From: an uncultured virus (IMG/VR IMGVR_UViG_3300042560_002070)
Lineage: Duplodnaviria; Heunggongvirae; Uroviricota; Caudoviricetes
IMG/VR virus record: IMGVR_UViG_3300042560_002070
Direction: 5' to 3' (one strand)
Length of the DNA stretch: 28,512 nt
The notes below the pieces were generated by a model. It worked only from the letters and a program-made list of their open reading frames with translations, made no database searches and had not been told where the DNA came from. Of this stretch, positions 17,025-27,700 are shown one piece after another. The translations under genes and the position numbers were made by a program. Position 1 is the first letter of the stretch. The number at the start of each line of letters is the position of its first letter.

Positions 17025-17588
17025 GTGGCTACAAAAGTAAAGATCAACGGAGTTGTTCACACGATGACAATTAGTGATCGCGGTGAGGCAATTTACGACC
17101 CTCCTCTTTCGAAAACTGAAATCGATCGAGGACAGAAGAATATGAGGGAGATGCTTGCTGAGCGTAAGTTCCCTGGAGTCAAAACTGAAAGCACGTTCTT
17201 TAATGGACGTGGGACCTTGGATCAACAATTCAAGGACGACCCTTGGTATCTGGAGAGGATTATCGAGGGAGCTAGAGCAAGAGGCTATGAGCCAAACCCC
17301 AACGATGTGTACCTGACTCAGCTTGCGGATGGAGATGGCGATCCGGCTGCGTTTATTTCGCAGGCAGATGGCATGTCTAAGATTCGAAAGGTTTGTGAGT
17401 CGAAGAGGCTTTACTGTGAGGACGTTGGTACAGAGCGTTATGACGTAACGCCTGCACCTCCAATTCGGTTGGCTGAAGAATTGGTACAGGAAAAGATGAC
17501 CGAGTATAGGTCAGATCCTGAGCATTCAATGATGAGTGATCAGGAACTTAGGGAGTTTGTTGTGGATAAGCATGGAGCGAGGATTTAG
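17025..17588 (+). CDS. Hypothetical protein
   Basis: 187 aa ORF tightly packed after the portal. Confidence 0.75.
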   Translation: MATKVKINGVVHTMTISDRGEAIYDPPLSKTEIDRGQKNMREMLAERKFPGVKTESTFFNGRGTLDQQFKDDPWYLERIIEGARARGYEPNPNDVYLTQLADGDGDPAAFISQADGMSKIRKVCESKRLYCEDVGTERYDVTPAPPIRLAEELVQEKMTEYRSDPEHSMMSDQELREFVVDKHGARI

Positions 17589-17590
17589 AA

Positions 17591-18037
17591 ATGCCCCTTA
17601 CTGGAACTGAAAGAACTGCGTTAATTAGCTCGGTAGCTATGCCAGCACCTGGAAGAAAGCTTGCCGATGCTTTGGATGTCTTGGTTGATGGCGGTATGCG
17701 TATCGCTTATTCGATCAGCGCTGAAGTTACTAACGTCATTACGGTGACTATTACGGCGACTGGCCTTGATGGTGCGCCTCTAGCCAATCGTGTGTGGTTG
17801 GATATTTTGCTTATTTCGAGTACGTCAACCTTTGCGCCTAACGCTGCCGACTACACGATCGCTGCCACCACGGGGCAGGTTCTTGAGAAGATTGCGGACA
17901 AAGAGATTTCGGTTATTACGAACGCTGCTGGTGTTGCAGTGCTGACCTTCTCGATTGCTACGGCAGCAACATCGTTTCTTGCGACTAAGCTTCCTGGTGG
18001 CGAAATGGTTGTCTCGGCTGCAATGACTCACGTTTAA
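17591..18037 (+). CDS. Hypothetical virion protein
   Basis: A/T/I/V-rich, beta-strand-like; in the structural operon. Confidence 0.65.
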   Translation: MPLTGTERTALISSVAMPAPGRKLADALDVLVDGGMRIAYSISAEVTNVITVTITATGLDGAPLANRVWLDILLISSTSTFAPNAADYTIAATTGQVLEKIADKEISVITNAAGVAVLTFSIATAATSFLATKLPGGEMVVSAAMTHV

Positions 18038-18051
18038 TCTGGAAATAGCCC

Positions 18052-19248
18052 GTGATAGTAGATCAAGTCGATTGGAACAACGTATTTACGTTTTACGATA
18101 TCGTTCAGCGATTGCTCCTGCGTAACGGGCTTTCTGGATCTGTGTCTGATGTGACAAGATTAAGAGTTGCGATTGACGATGCGTATCGGGAATTGCCTAC
18201 TTTGCATAAGTGGAGATTTTTTAATCGTAAGCTAATGCTTAGGACAGATGCTTCGTTTTCTGTAGCTTCGTGCTCGTATGATCATACAGGCGGGGCCAAT
18301 GAAAGACAGCTAACGATTTTATCGGCAGAGTCTTGGCCCGCAAATGCTCATCTAGGTGAAGTGCATGCCGGTGACGCGACTTATCAGATAGAGCGTCGCA
18401 TAAGTGACAAGATCGTGACTCTTACCACAGAGCTTAACCCTGGTGCAGATGAGAGCTTTGTTTCTCTCGTGTGGTTTAGGTCGGCATATTCCTGGCCTTC
18501 GCCAATACGCGAGGTACGAGAAATGTGGCGAGCTACGAGTTTGGTTAGGTTGCAGCCTGCTAGTCAACTAGAGGTTCCTCGAATCCAAAAGACTCTTCGG
18601 AGTCCAGGTGTTCCATTGAGGTACGCTCTGCTTCCTAGTCGTAATAGGTTTGGTGCTGTTGATGTCGTGCTTATTCCACCTCCGAGCGAATCTGAGGTGT
18701 ATGAGGCAACCGTCACGGTTCGTCCTGTGCCTCTGAGGAACTATGAGGTGTCAGGTAGTGATGCGGCGATTACGAGCGGAAGCACTACGGTGACATGCTC
18801 GGGAGCGTCGTTTAGTCAAAAGCTGGTGGGCACTTTGTTTCGCCTCTCGCCAAATAGTTACCTGCCTAAAGGCAATCATCAAGATAATACAGACCGAGAA
18901 GAGTATGTCTATCAAGCTTTTGTTAGGCGAGTTATTAGTTCAACGCAGCTAGAACTTACTGAAGCTGCGAGCGAGACAGCTTCTGGTCGAGGATACTCGA
19001 TCAGTGATGTCTTAGATATCGAGCCAGCGACAATGCTCAATGTAATTGAAGCGTTGGCTATGGAGAGGTTTGCTATGAATGCAGACCACGCAAAGTTAGC
19101 TGAGTCTAAGGAGTTGACACGGCAAGCTTTGCGACAGGCTGTGGCAGCGGAATGCTCAGCTAATTATGACCAGGAGGCGACTCCAATGACGCCATTCTGG
19201 TTAGGTGATCAGTATTGGCGCTATTCGAAAGTCAATGCACCTGTTTAG
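18052..19248 (+). CDS. Putative head-tail adaptor protein
   Basis: N-terminal helices ending AIDDAYREL...WRF; GVPLRYA...LIPPPSE..VY; helical C-terminus. Confidence 0.55.
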   Translation: MIVDQVDWNNVFTFYDIVQRLLLRNGLSGSVSDVTRLRVAIDDAYRELPTLHKWRFFNRKLMLRTDASFSVASCSYDHTGGANERQLTILSAESWPANAHLGEVHAGDATYQIERRISDKIVTLTTELNPGADESFVSLVWFRSAYSWPSPIREVREMWRATSLVRLQPASQLEVPRIQKTLRSPGVPLRYALLPSRNRFGAVDVVLIPPPSESEVYEATVTVRPVPLRNYEVSGSDAAITSGSTTVTCSGASFSQKLVGTLFRLSPNSYLPKGNHQDNTDREEYVYQAFVRRVISSTQLELTEAASETASGRGYSISDVLDIEPATMLNVIEALAMERFAMNADHAKLAESKELTRQALRQAVAAECSANYDQEATPMTPFWLGDQYWRYSKVNAPV

Positions 19249-19274
19249 TTTTTTCACCCTCCAAGGAGATTATT

Positions 19275-19577
19275 GTGAGTCCCGATGTAAAAATGCAACT
19301 TGAAGAAGGAGTAGCTACGTTTGCTGCTTCGGCAGGATCAACGAAGGGTTCTGCTATTGGAGAACTGGCTAAGTTGATTCTCGATATTGTAGAGAAGCAG
19401 GCTGGTATAGATGCTGACGCTATGGCTGCGTTCGTTGGTCAGCTTTATGACCGATACATTTCGCCACTGGATCTGCCAGGGGTGCCTGATGCTTTCGAGG
19501 CAATGACTGATCAGGTTCTGAAGGCGGCTTTGATGTCGCTTGTAAAGAAGGCTATTCAGAGCGTGAGGGCAGTGTAA
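19275..19577 (+). CDS. Hypothetical protein
   Basis: AAGGAG SD with GTG 19275; stop overlaps next ATG. Confidence 0.7.
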   Translation: MSPDVKMQLEEGVATFAASAGSTKGSAIGELAKLILDIVEKQAGIDADAMAAFVGQLYDRYISPLDLPGVPDAFEAMTDQVLKAALMSLVKKAIQSVRAV

Positions 19578-19966
19578 TGCGACGAGATTGTATTGTTCTG
19601 CCGTTCGTAGGCTTGGTTGTGGGGACGATTTTCTCATGCCTGTTTCCTGACAATAGACAGCCTCTTCCAGCTCCTGTAGCTCAGGATCAGCTTGCGGAGC
19701 CAGTAGTTGAGGAGACTGGCAAAGAAGACGAGCCAGTGACGATGGACGGAACAATCGTCATGTATACCAGCCACAATTGCGTGTGGTGTAGCAAATGGAA
19801 GGCTAGTGAGCTTGCGAAGATTAAGGCTGCTGGTTGGAAATTTGAGGAGACATACACTGCCGATGGACCTTGGCCGAGATTTGATATTTACGGACGGGGT
19901 AAGGTGGTTCGACATGTAGGCTATATGTCAATGTCGGCTTTGAAGCAGATAGTGGAAGAGATGTAA
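19577..19966 (+). CDS. Membrane-anchored thioredoxin/glutaredoxin-like protein
   Basis: N-terminal hydrophobic segment; MYTSHNCVWC (CxxC); cis-Pro-like WPRF; VGYMS. Confidence 0.75.
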   Translation: MRRDCIVLPFVGLVVGTIFSCLFPDNRQPLPAPVAQDQLAEPVVEETGKEDEPVTMDGTIVMYTSHNCVWCSKWKASELAKIKAAGWKFEETYTADGPWPRFDIYGRGKVVRHVGYMSMSALKQIVEEM

Positions 19967-19978
19967 GGATGCTCGCCT

Positions 19979-20611
19979 ATGGCGCTCACGGATCCCGTTT
20001 TGGGGCCAGTCACCATAACGCAAATGGGTGCCGTCAGGTTGTGCTCAGACATGCCAATCGGGATGGCGGCTGTCAGCAAGGAAGGTAAGTTTTTATGGGT
20101 AAATACTTCTATCTGTCGATTTCTCGAATGCACCGAGGGGCAACTGCTGTCACTCACTCTGGACGAAATTACGCACGACAAGTATCGGACGATCGACAAG
20201 GATCTACTGATCAATCTGAGCAGTGGCGACCTGACGAGCTATACCGTAGTGAAGGCGTACCACAAGAGCGGATCAAGGCCCGAGAGACCTCGGTATGCGT
20301 GGGGCAGCTTGACGGTGTTTCGGGAGCCGGTAGTGGGGAAAGTGGAGTTTTACTGGATATTCTTCGTGCCGCACAACGACATCAGGGAATCAGGTGGAAC
20401 GACATGGAAGGACATGGTGATTCTTCTAAAGGACAATTACAAGTGGATTGCCACGGTCATCGCCATTGCATTCGCGCTAGCTACAGGGAACTTTACTGCA
20501 ATCTCCGCAATCCTGAACAAGCAAGCCGTGATCGAGCAAGAGCTGCACAGTGGGCAGCAGCCATCCTCATCGGGATCGGCTTTGCCGCAACCGCATACAA
20601 CTTCACAGTGA
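19979..20611 (+). CDS. PAS-domain protein with C-terminal transmembrane helix
   Basis: PIGMAAVSKEGKFLWVNTSICRFLECTEGQLL...EITH...SGDLTSYTVVKAY; TM WIATVIAIAFALATG. Confidence 0.85.
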   Translation: MALTDPVLGPVTITQMGAVRLCSDMPIGMAAVSKEGKFLWVNTSICRFLECTEGQLLSLTLDEITHDKYRTIDKDLLINLSSGDLTSYTVVKAYHKSGSRPERPRYAWGSLTVFREPVVGKVEFYWIFFVPHNDIRESGGTTWKDMVILLKDNYKWIATVIAIAFALATGNFTAISAILNKQAVIEQELHSGQQPSSSGSALPQPHTTSQ

Positions 20612-20654
20612 CTTATCGTGTTTCGACGCGACTAAATGAGATTGTGAGCCGCTA

Positions 20655-21095
20655 GTGGCACAGCTAGATCGTCATCAGGAAATTGTTGATCGAATTCTTC
20701 TATTGCTGAGGGCGGAGTCTTTTCCTCCTCATCGAACTGATGAGATACGTTATGAGGATCCGCCTGAACTCAAGCCGTCATTAGGAATAGTCCTATCTCC
20801 CATGGAAGAATCAGAAGGGATAGGCACGAACCTTCAAGATGATATTCGATATACCTTTCGGCTAACTAGGTCAACAGGCCGAATGAAGACCCAGGAAGGT
20901 TTGGCAAGCAAAGCCTATTTTCGAAATCGTATCAGAGATGTATTCCACCGTAAGCGTATAGGTGGCATCGAGTGTGAGGTGATTACTACAGTTAGGTTTG
21001 CAGACTTTACGTCGATTCCAAAGTGGCGAGACAAAAACCTAGACGTAACATCCATGCTTATAAGTGTCCTAGTTAGAGAGAGAAGAAATGCCTAA
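20655..21095 (+). CDS. Hypothetical protein, possibly tail completion/terminator-like
   Basis: 146 aa alpha/beta ORF; function guessed from size and context. Confidence 0.55.
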   Translation: MAQLDRHQEIVDRILLLLRAESFPPHRTDEIRYEDPPELKPSLGIVLSPMEESEGIGTNLQDDIRYTFRLTRSTGRMKTQEGLASKAYFRNRIRDVFHRKRIGGIECEVITTVRFADFTSIPKWRDKNLDVTSMLISVLVRERRNA

Positions 21096-21318
21096 GAAAG
21101 CAGCAAGTCAGCCCGCCAAAGGTAAGGCCGTCGCAGTTAATGTTGACGGCAAAAAGCGTAGTGTTGGTCAAGCTGGTGTTACGCCTAAGCCTGGGACAGC
21201 TAAAGGTGACTCTTATTGCGCCCGATCAGCAAAGATTCCCAAATGCGACAATCCTCCTTGCCCCAATGATATTTCACGTAAGCGATGGAAATGTCGGGGA
21301 AATAAAAGCATGAAATAG
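21088..21318 (+). CDS. Small basic phage protein (SYCARS...WKC motif)
   Basis: PGTAKGDSYCARS...SRKRWKC, a motif recalled from aquatic phage proteins (DUF6321-like). Confidence 0.7.
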   Translation: MPKKAASQPAKGKAVAVNVDGKKRSVGQAGVTPKPGTAKGDSYCARSAKIPKCDNPPCPNDISRKRWKCRGNKSMK

Positions 21319-21358
21319 TTTAGCGTTGTCGCTTCGGTTTCTTTCTGGAGGGCTTCGC

Positions 21359-22345
21359 ATGAAGCGGCGAGATAAATTAGTTGATGAGATTGTCGATCGG
21401 TATCCTAATGTTGGTAATAGAACACTGGCTCGCCTGCTAGTCGAGCAGTATCCAGAGTTGTACACCACTGAGTCTGCACGAAGTCTCATTCGCTATCGCT
21501 TTGGGGTTATGGGGAATGGGAATCGAAAAAAGAAAGGTGCGGTAGTAGCTCGTAAGCAGCCCTCCAAGCTAATACTACCTAAGGGCATCCATCAGGTTTT
21601 ACCTCCTGCCAAGTACACCAAGAAAGGTGATTGGCTCATTACTGGCGATTGGCATGTGCCGTATCACGATGAGGTTTCGATCGAGTCGATGATACGGTTT
21701 TGCTTCGATAACAAAATAACCAACATCTTGCTTAACGGCGATGGCGTAGATTTCTATCGACTATCTGATTACGTCTCAGATCCGAGGATGGCGAGTCCCT
21801 CTGATGAGCTTAATACGATGCACGAAATCTTGAAAGGATTGAGAAAGTACTTTCGTGGCCATCGAGTTTACAAGATTGGAAACCACGAAGATCGCTATGA
21901 GAGATATCTATACCAGCGGGCTAGTGCGGTAGTGGGCATATCGGCATTCCAGCTTGATCAGGTGTTGAGGCTTAATGAGCTGAAGTTTGATTACATAACC
22001 AGCAAGCAGCATGTAATTATCGGTGACCTGCCTGTGTTCCATGGACACGAGCTACCCAAAGGTGCTGGTTCACCGGTAAATCCTGCTAAGACGCTTTACG
22101 GAAAAATCGGATTCAGTGGAGTGGTTAGTCATCATCACTTTTCCAGTGAGCATGTTTCTACGGAGGGGCTTAGCAAGAGGATTCATCGCTGCTTCTCAAT
22201 TGGCTGTATGTGCCAAATGATCAAGGGTTATTCACCAATCAATAACTGGAATCACGGTTTTGGTCGGGCGCGTGTTGATGCGAATGGCAGCACAGAGTTT
22301 CGCAACTACATCATTGATCGCGGCAAGATTGTGTGCAACGTATGA
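21359..22345 (+). CDS. Calcineurin-like metallophosphoesterase
   Basis: GDWH, NGDGVD, GNHE, FHGHE, SHHH; GGAGG SD before ATG 21359. Confidence 0.9.
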   Translation: MKRRDKLVDEIVDRYPNVGNRTLARLLVEQYPELYTTESARSLIRYRFGVMGNGNRKKKGAVVARKQPSKLILPKGIHQVLPPAKYTKKGDWLITGDWHVPYHDEVSIESMIRFCFDNKITNILLNGDGVDFYRLSDYVSDPRMASPSDELNTMHEILKGLRKYFRGHRVYKIGNHEDRYERYLYQRASAVVGISAFQLDQVLRLNELKFDYITSKQHVIIGDLPVFHGHELPKGAGSPVNPAKTLYGKIGFSGVVSHHHFSSEHVSTEGLSKRIHRCFSIGCMCQMIKGYSPINNWNHGFGRARVDANGSTEFRNYIIDRGKIVCNV

Positions 22346-22383
22346 AACCGATGGAGCGGGAACAATTCTAGGGGAAGTTTATT

Positions 22384-22635
22384 ATGCAGTACTTGCCGTT
22401 CGCTATCGCCTGTATTGGTCTTGTCTTGGTTGCGTATTCACTGGGTTGTTTCGACTTGATTGCGAAGATTGTGCCCAGAAAAGTAGCTAGCTCTGGTGTT
22501 GCATCCAATGATGTGATCGGCAAGTTCGTTGAGATTCGAAAGATGCTAGTTGGTGAGGTGGATGATTCCACGCTGGCCGCTGTAGACAAGGTAATCTTAG
22601 ATGCTGTGTCAGGAGTCAAGAAAGATGAAAAGTAA
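22384..22635 (+). CDS. Small membrane protein
   Basis: N-terminal hydrophobic helix LPFAIACIGLVLVAYSLGC. Confidence 0.7.
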   Translation: MQYLPFAIACIGLVLVAYSLGCFDLIAKIVPRKVASSGVASNDVIGKFVEIRKMLVGEVDDSTLAAVDKVILDAVSGVKKDEK

Positions 22636-23029
22636 AGAAGCGTCTTTCTTGGGCGGGCTGCTGCTGGTAATAGCGGCTGTGCTGATGCTCAGCAGTGGGG
22701 GTGACTTCAGTGTGTTTCCGCCTAAGGTCTATGACGAGGTTTACTTTATCCTTTTGGATGAAACTAGCCAGACAAGCGCCGATGTAGCGATCTTGGTTAA
22801 TAGTGAGCAGTGGCAGGGCTTAGCTGGTAGAGGTGTCACGACCAGGCGTTATGACGTAACAGTCGATGCGAAAAAACCTGAAGTTGAGAGATACCTCAGG
22901 GAATTGGGGGCGGTTAACCCTCCAGCCATTTTGGTGATTGACAAGAAGACAAATAAGTCTGTCGGAGTTGAGGCGAACCCAAGCATCGAGAGCATTGATT
23001 TGATCGTAAAGAAGTACACAGGGAAGTGA
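22625..23029 (+). CDS. Exported/membrane-anchored protein (thioredoxin-like fold without CxxC possible)
   Basis: MKSK then hydrophobic segment; NPPAILVID. Confidence 0.7.
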   Translation: MKSKEASFLGGLLLVIAAVLMLSSGGDFSVFPPKVYDEVYFILLDETSQTSADVAILVNSEQWQGLAGRGVTTRRYDVTVDAKKPEVERYLRELGAVNPPAILVIDKKTNKSVGVEANPSIESIDLIVKKYTGK

Positions 23030-23030
23030 C

Positions 23031-23849
23031 ATGTCAAAAGAGCTGATTGAAGTGAATGGTCAGTTCTATGGAACTGGCTTGATTGTGCCTGAAGTTCGAG
23101 AGAGTGGCTTTCGTTTGTTTGCAGATGCTAAGCCCATGCTGAATCGTGAGCAGGTTAATAAGATCATCACGGATTCGCGTCGTAAGAGCGGTCGCAAGCG
23201 TTTTGGTCTTGATTGGGTTATGAATCAAAAATCGCTTGGAGCATGTAACGGCTTTGCTTGTGCAGGAGCTGGTGCTCGCGCTCGCGTACGGCGTGGATTG
23301 CCGCGACGGATGCTGAGCGGCTTTGCTATGTACGCTGCGATCAATGGTGGTGTCGATCGAGGCTCGCTCTTGAAAGATGGTATGGAGTGGATGACAACTC
23401 GTGGCATTCCCGCTGCGATTGCCAATGAGCGTCCTGAGTATTTGTGGGGGCGAATCCCGCAGTCGCAAAAGGACTCAATGAAAAACAATATCATGCTGGA
23501 GTGTTATGTGCTGGAGGAGGAGCTAGACCTCGCAGTAGCAAATGCTCTTGGTTACGACTGTGTGGTGGCAGTTCATGCGTCTAATGCGTGGAGTCGCTTG
23601 GACGCTAATGGTGTGTCTGGTGAGTCTGCTGGCGTGGGTAATCATGCGGTACTTGTCGATGATGTAATCCTGTCTCCCAGTGGAGAGTGGCTCTTTGATA
23701 TGTGTAATAGCTGGGACGTGACCTGGGGGCAAGAAGGTCGTTCGTATCAGACATGGAATCGACACTTCCGGCACACGATTAAGTACCATCAATTCTTTGC
23801 TATTCGATCAACCATTGACGGGGATGACATAGCCCCTGTCTTAGCGTGA
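23031..23849 (+). CDS. Papain-like (C1) cysteine peptidase
   Basis: NQKSLGACNGFA (Gln, Cys), GNHAV (His), NSWDVTWGQEG (Asn). Confidence 0.9.
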   Translation: MSKELIEVNGQFYGTGLIVPEVRESGFRLFADAKPMLNREQVNKIITDSRRKSGRKRFGLDWVMNQKSLGACNGFACAGAGARARVRRGLPRRMLSGFAMYAAINGGVDRGSLLKDGMEWMTTRGIPAAIANERPEYLWGRIPQSQKDSMKNNIMLECYVLEEELDLAVANALGYDCVVAVHASNAWSRLDANGVSGESAGVGNHAVLVDDVILSPSGEWLFDMCNSWDVTWGQEGRSYQTWNRHFRHTIKYHQFFAIRSTIDGDDIAPVLA

Positions 23850-23859
23850 AGGATTAACT

Positions 23860-24228
23860 ATGCCAAGTGAAGTTAGAACATTTAGTGATTTGGGTCCAAA
23901 GCAAAAAACGTCAATCTTTCGGGATTACGGTTGGGCTAGCGTTACGATTGCCAATGCCGGTGTCACGAGCGGGTCGATTGATATAGGGCCAGCGGACTCT
24001 GTGATGTTGGTTCTGCCTGCCGGTGTCAACACAAAGACCATCACGATGCAGACAACCTATGATGGCACGACCTGGATTGATCTGGTTTCGTGGACGGCAG
24101 CGACTGGCATTAAAGTGTTCACGGATGCGACAGAGCTTGCGAAGATCCGTCATGCTCAGGTTACTCGTTTTACGGTCAACTCCGCAGTGGGCGCGGACTC
24201 AAAGATATGGATATCCCTCAAGGGTTAA
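23860..24228 (+). CDS. Hypothetical virion protein
   Basis: Beta-rich; QTTYDGTTW motif; AAGGA SD. Confidence 0.65.
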   Translation: MPSEVRTFSDLGPKQKTSIFRDYGWASVTIANAGVTSGSIDIGPADSVMLVLPAGVNTKTITMQTTYDGTTWIDLVSWTAATGIKVFTDATELAKIRHAQVTRFTVNSAVGADSKIWISLKG

Positions 24229-24426
24229 CTCGCTTCGATCATATTCAAATTGCAGTGAGTAGGCTGCTGGCGGCTATTGTGTTTGCAGAATCACAATGGA
24301 TGCTTTCAAGTCTTGCTTACAGTCGCAACGCTGTTTTATTGAGAGTCTCTATTGATACGCTTTTCTGGCTACTGTTCAAGCAGTCTTGCCATTGTCAAGA
24401 AAACTACAAATGGGAATTAGAGTTCA

Positions 24427-24726
24427 ATGATCGATCTAACCAAGCTAACAAGTGAACAACTCTGGGGTTTGCAGTTCGTTGTACTGCAAGCCAACGCACC
24501 TATTCAAGCAGCAAACGAAGCCCTGCCAGAAGGTGAAGAACCCAAGCCATTATTTACCGATGCCAGCTATGCCGAAATGATTTTCAAATCGGCCTGCGAT
24601 TCGTACTACCAGCAACTTGTTGAGCACAAAAAGAAGTCTGCTTTGCAGATGTTTGATTCTCTGACACTAGAGCAACAAGCGGCACTTGTTCAGCAACTTC
24701 AGATTCCAGACGTATTGCCTCAATAG
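24427..24726 (+). CDS. Hypothetical protein (tail-fibre associated)
   Basis: 99 aa ORF directly before the tail fibre. Confidence 0.7.
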   Translation: MIDLTKLTSEQLWGLQFVVLQANAPIQAANEALPEGEEPKPLFTDASYAEMIFKSACDSYYQQLVEHKKKSALQMFDSLTLEQQAALVQQLQIPDVLPQ

Positions 24727-24736
24727 GTATTAAGCT

Positions 24737-27700
24737 ATGTCGCTTGGCGTTATCTCTCCGATCCGCAACAAAGGTCTGTACTCTGATTGGCTGTCTGCTG
24801 CACCGTTGGCTACGTCGATGCTGACTATCGATACCAGTGGTAACGTGGGTAGCCAAGCTATTCCTGTTGCGGCATGGGGGAGTATCACTGGAACGCTAAG
24901 CAGTCAAACTGATTTGCAAAATGCGTTAGATGCGAAGTTGTCGCTTTCGGGCGGAACGATGACGGGGGCTTTAAGTGGGACAAGTGCTACGTTTAGCAGT
25001 ACCGTAACCATTCCAGCTATCACTGGCTCTAGCAATCTTATCTACGTTGCACAAAACCAAACATTTAGTTGGGAGTATGACTCAACCAATACCAATCCAG
25101 CACTGCGATTTACTTGGGGTGGTGCTGCTACAACTCTTTGGGGTAGTAGTTCAGCAGTCAACATATCTGTTCAAGGCACTAACGGTTTTCGAGTAGCGGC
25201 AGGAACAACCAATTTAGCCGGAACGCTTGGTCTGGGATCTGTATCGTCACCAACTGCATTCCTGCGTTCAGATGGTAGTAATACCATAGACATTCGTAAT
25301 AGCACCAACGCCCAACGCCTCAATCTCTACGGCACTTACACAGACGCTTCTAATTATAGAAGATTACATCTTTCTTCTACAACTGCCGGAGCGTTTACAT
25401 TAGGTGTTGAAGGATTGGGAACTGGGGCAAGTGGCAATACTCTAGCTATCGGTAATAGCTTAACTGTAAATGGTATTGTGACTCCAACAGTAGGAACCAA
25501 TACTAGTGGTATAAATATTATCTCTAGTAGTTATCTAAATAATGAATGGAGCGATATTCGTTTTGAATCTTCTTTTACATCTGGCTGGAAGATAGCAAGA
25601 TTAAGAGCCATAGCTAGAAATGGATATGCTGGTGCCTTAGCGTTTCATTATAAATCCGGGGACGGTAATCCAAATACAGACACTACAGAAGGTATGCGAA
25701 TAACAGAAACTGGGTTGGTTACCTTTGGTGGAACCACCTCATCTTTTCCAGCAATTAAACGCAATGCTGCTGCAATCAATTTTCGCCTTGCCGATGATAG
25801 CGGAGATGCAGAAATTACGGCTGGTACAGGCAGATTTAGTGGTGCGATTTATAATGTAGGGCCAATATATAATACGAGTAGTGCAAGTAGCAATGTTTAC
25901 GCTATGTATGCTAGTCAGTATGGCTATGCATTTATGCGTTTTGATAATTGGAAAACAATTACTTTCAATGCTGGTGAGTCTACTGCCTACGAGCATTCAA
26001 TAAGTATTGCAGGCTGGAGATTAAATACAAATAGCAATGGAAGCGCTTATTTACATACTGATGCCGCTAATATATTTGCACAACGCAATAGCACCAACGC
26101 CCAAACGCTTCGTATCTACGGCACCTACACCGATGCCAGCAACTATCGCAGATTATACATATCCTCTACTACAGCAGGTGCGTTTACTCTCGGCGTAGAG
26201 GGAGCAGGAACGGGTGCGAGTGGGAATACGCTTACGGTTGCTAATGCAACTACGTTTAGTAGTACGGTAACTTTTATTGGTGGTGATTATTTCACCCCAA
26301 GCTGTTATCTGGGTTCCAATATACGTCTATATGGGCCGAGTAATTTTACAGTAGCAATACTTGGCGAGAACTGTTCTTCATTAGATCAATCAAATTTCAA
26401 ATTTAGACAACAAGTTGGATTGGGTTGGAGTAGCACAAGTGATGCAACAGCATCAGCAGATGTTTATTTAAGGAGAAACGCTGCCGGTCAACTTGATGTT
26501 CGCGGCGACAGTGGATTGCGTGTTCGTAATCTTGCCAACACAGCCGATGCCGCAATAACAGCAGGGGCGGGGACGTTTAGTAGTTATGTCTACACGACTG
26601 CCGATGCTGCCGCTACTTTGCCTTTGAGGATTCGCGGTGCTGCTTCTCAATCAGCAAACTTAACAGAGTGGCAAAGTAGCACTGGGGGAGTTTGGATACG
26701 TGTTACATCGAATGGTACGATAAGAAGTGCAACGGGAGATCAATACACACCAACGATTTCTAATGCAAGTTGGGGGCCGGGACATGGTATTATTGTAAAT
26801 GGTACGGCTTCGTGTGCTTTTGCCCAAAACAATGACGTTGTCGCTCAAGTAAATGGTTCTAGCGGTGTTTTTGAATTTTTTAGACCGATGCAAGTATACG
26901 TCCAGGGCACGGGTACTTTTGCAACTATTACTGCTGATACTTCCGATACACTTGCATTTCGTCGCAGCACCAACACCCAACGCTTTAATCTTTACAACAC
27001 CTTCACCGACACCTCCAACTACATCCGTCAATCACTCTCTTTCACAACCTACTCCTCCACCGTCCATGCACAGCTAGCAGCAGAAGGTGCTGGCACAGGA
27101 GCAGTAAACGTACCGTTTGTAATTACGCCAAGGGGAACAGGTGCGTTTATCGTTGGGCCAATGCCTGATGGTACTGCAACAGGCGGGAATGCTAGGGGTG
27201 CCGGTGCCGTTGATATACAAACTGAAAGAAATGCTGCGACTCAAGTTGCTAGTAATAGTTATTTGATAGCAATTGGTTCTAGGTGTACTGCAACGGGGAA
27301 TAGTTCCGGTGGTACAGTTGCAATTGGCAGAAACGTAAACGTATCTGATTCCCTTGGTGGAGCTTTTGGTGCGGGTCTTAATACAACTGTAACAGGCTAT
27401 AGAGGCGTAGCTATCGGAGCAGGTGCAACTGCCGGTGCTGATAGTATTGCTATTGGAACCGGCAGTTACGCAAGCAACAATAATGCAATTTGCATTGCAG
27501 GTTCCACTAGTAGATGGAATGGTACAACTTACTGGAAATTGGAAAACAAAACTATCGGCCAAAGTTACCTTAATTCTTTATCAGGATCAGGTTTTCTTTC
27601 CACAACTCCAACAATAAGAACAACAAATAGTTCATCGCAAATCCTAGATGTATCAATCACATCATCGTTTATTGCATCAAGACAAAGACATCGTGGTGCT

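Noticed and set aside
20331..20345. GGGAAAG as a -1 frameshift site in the PAS gene
   Set aside because: It reads GGG-AAA-G, not the required G-GGA-AAG phase.
8833..24409. Inverted 11-mer TTGTAGTTTTC / GAAAACTACAA in two intergenic regions
   Set aside because: Many 11-bp matches are expected by chance in 28 kb, and it does not extend.
25295..26233. Tail-fibre repeats as a DGR template/variable pair
   Set aside because: Differences are mostly synonymous and not adenine-specific; no reverse transcriptase in the window.
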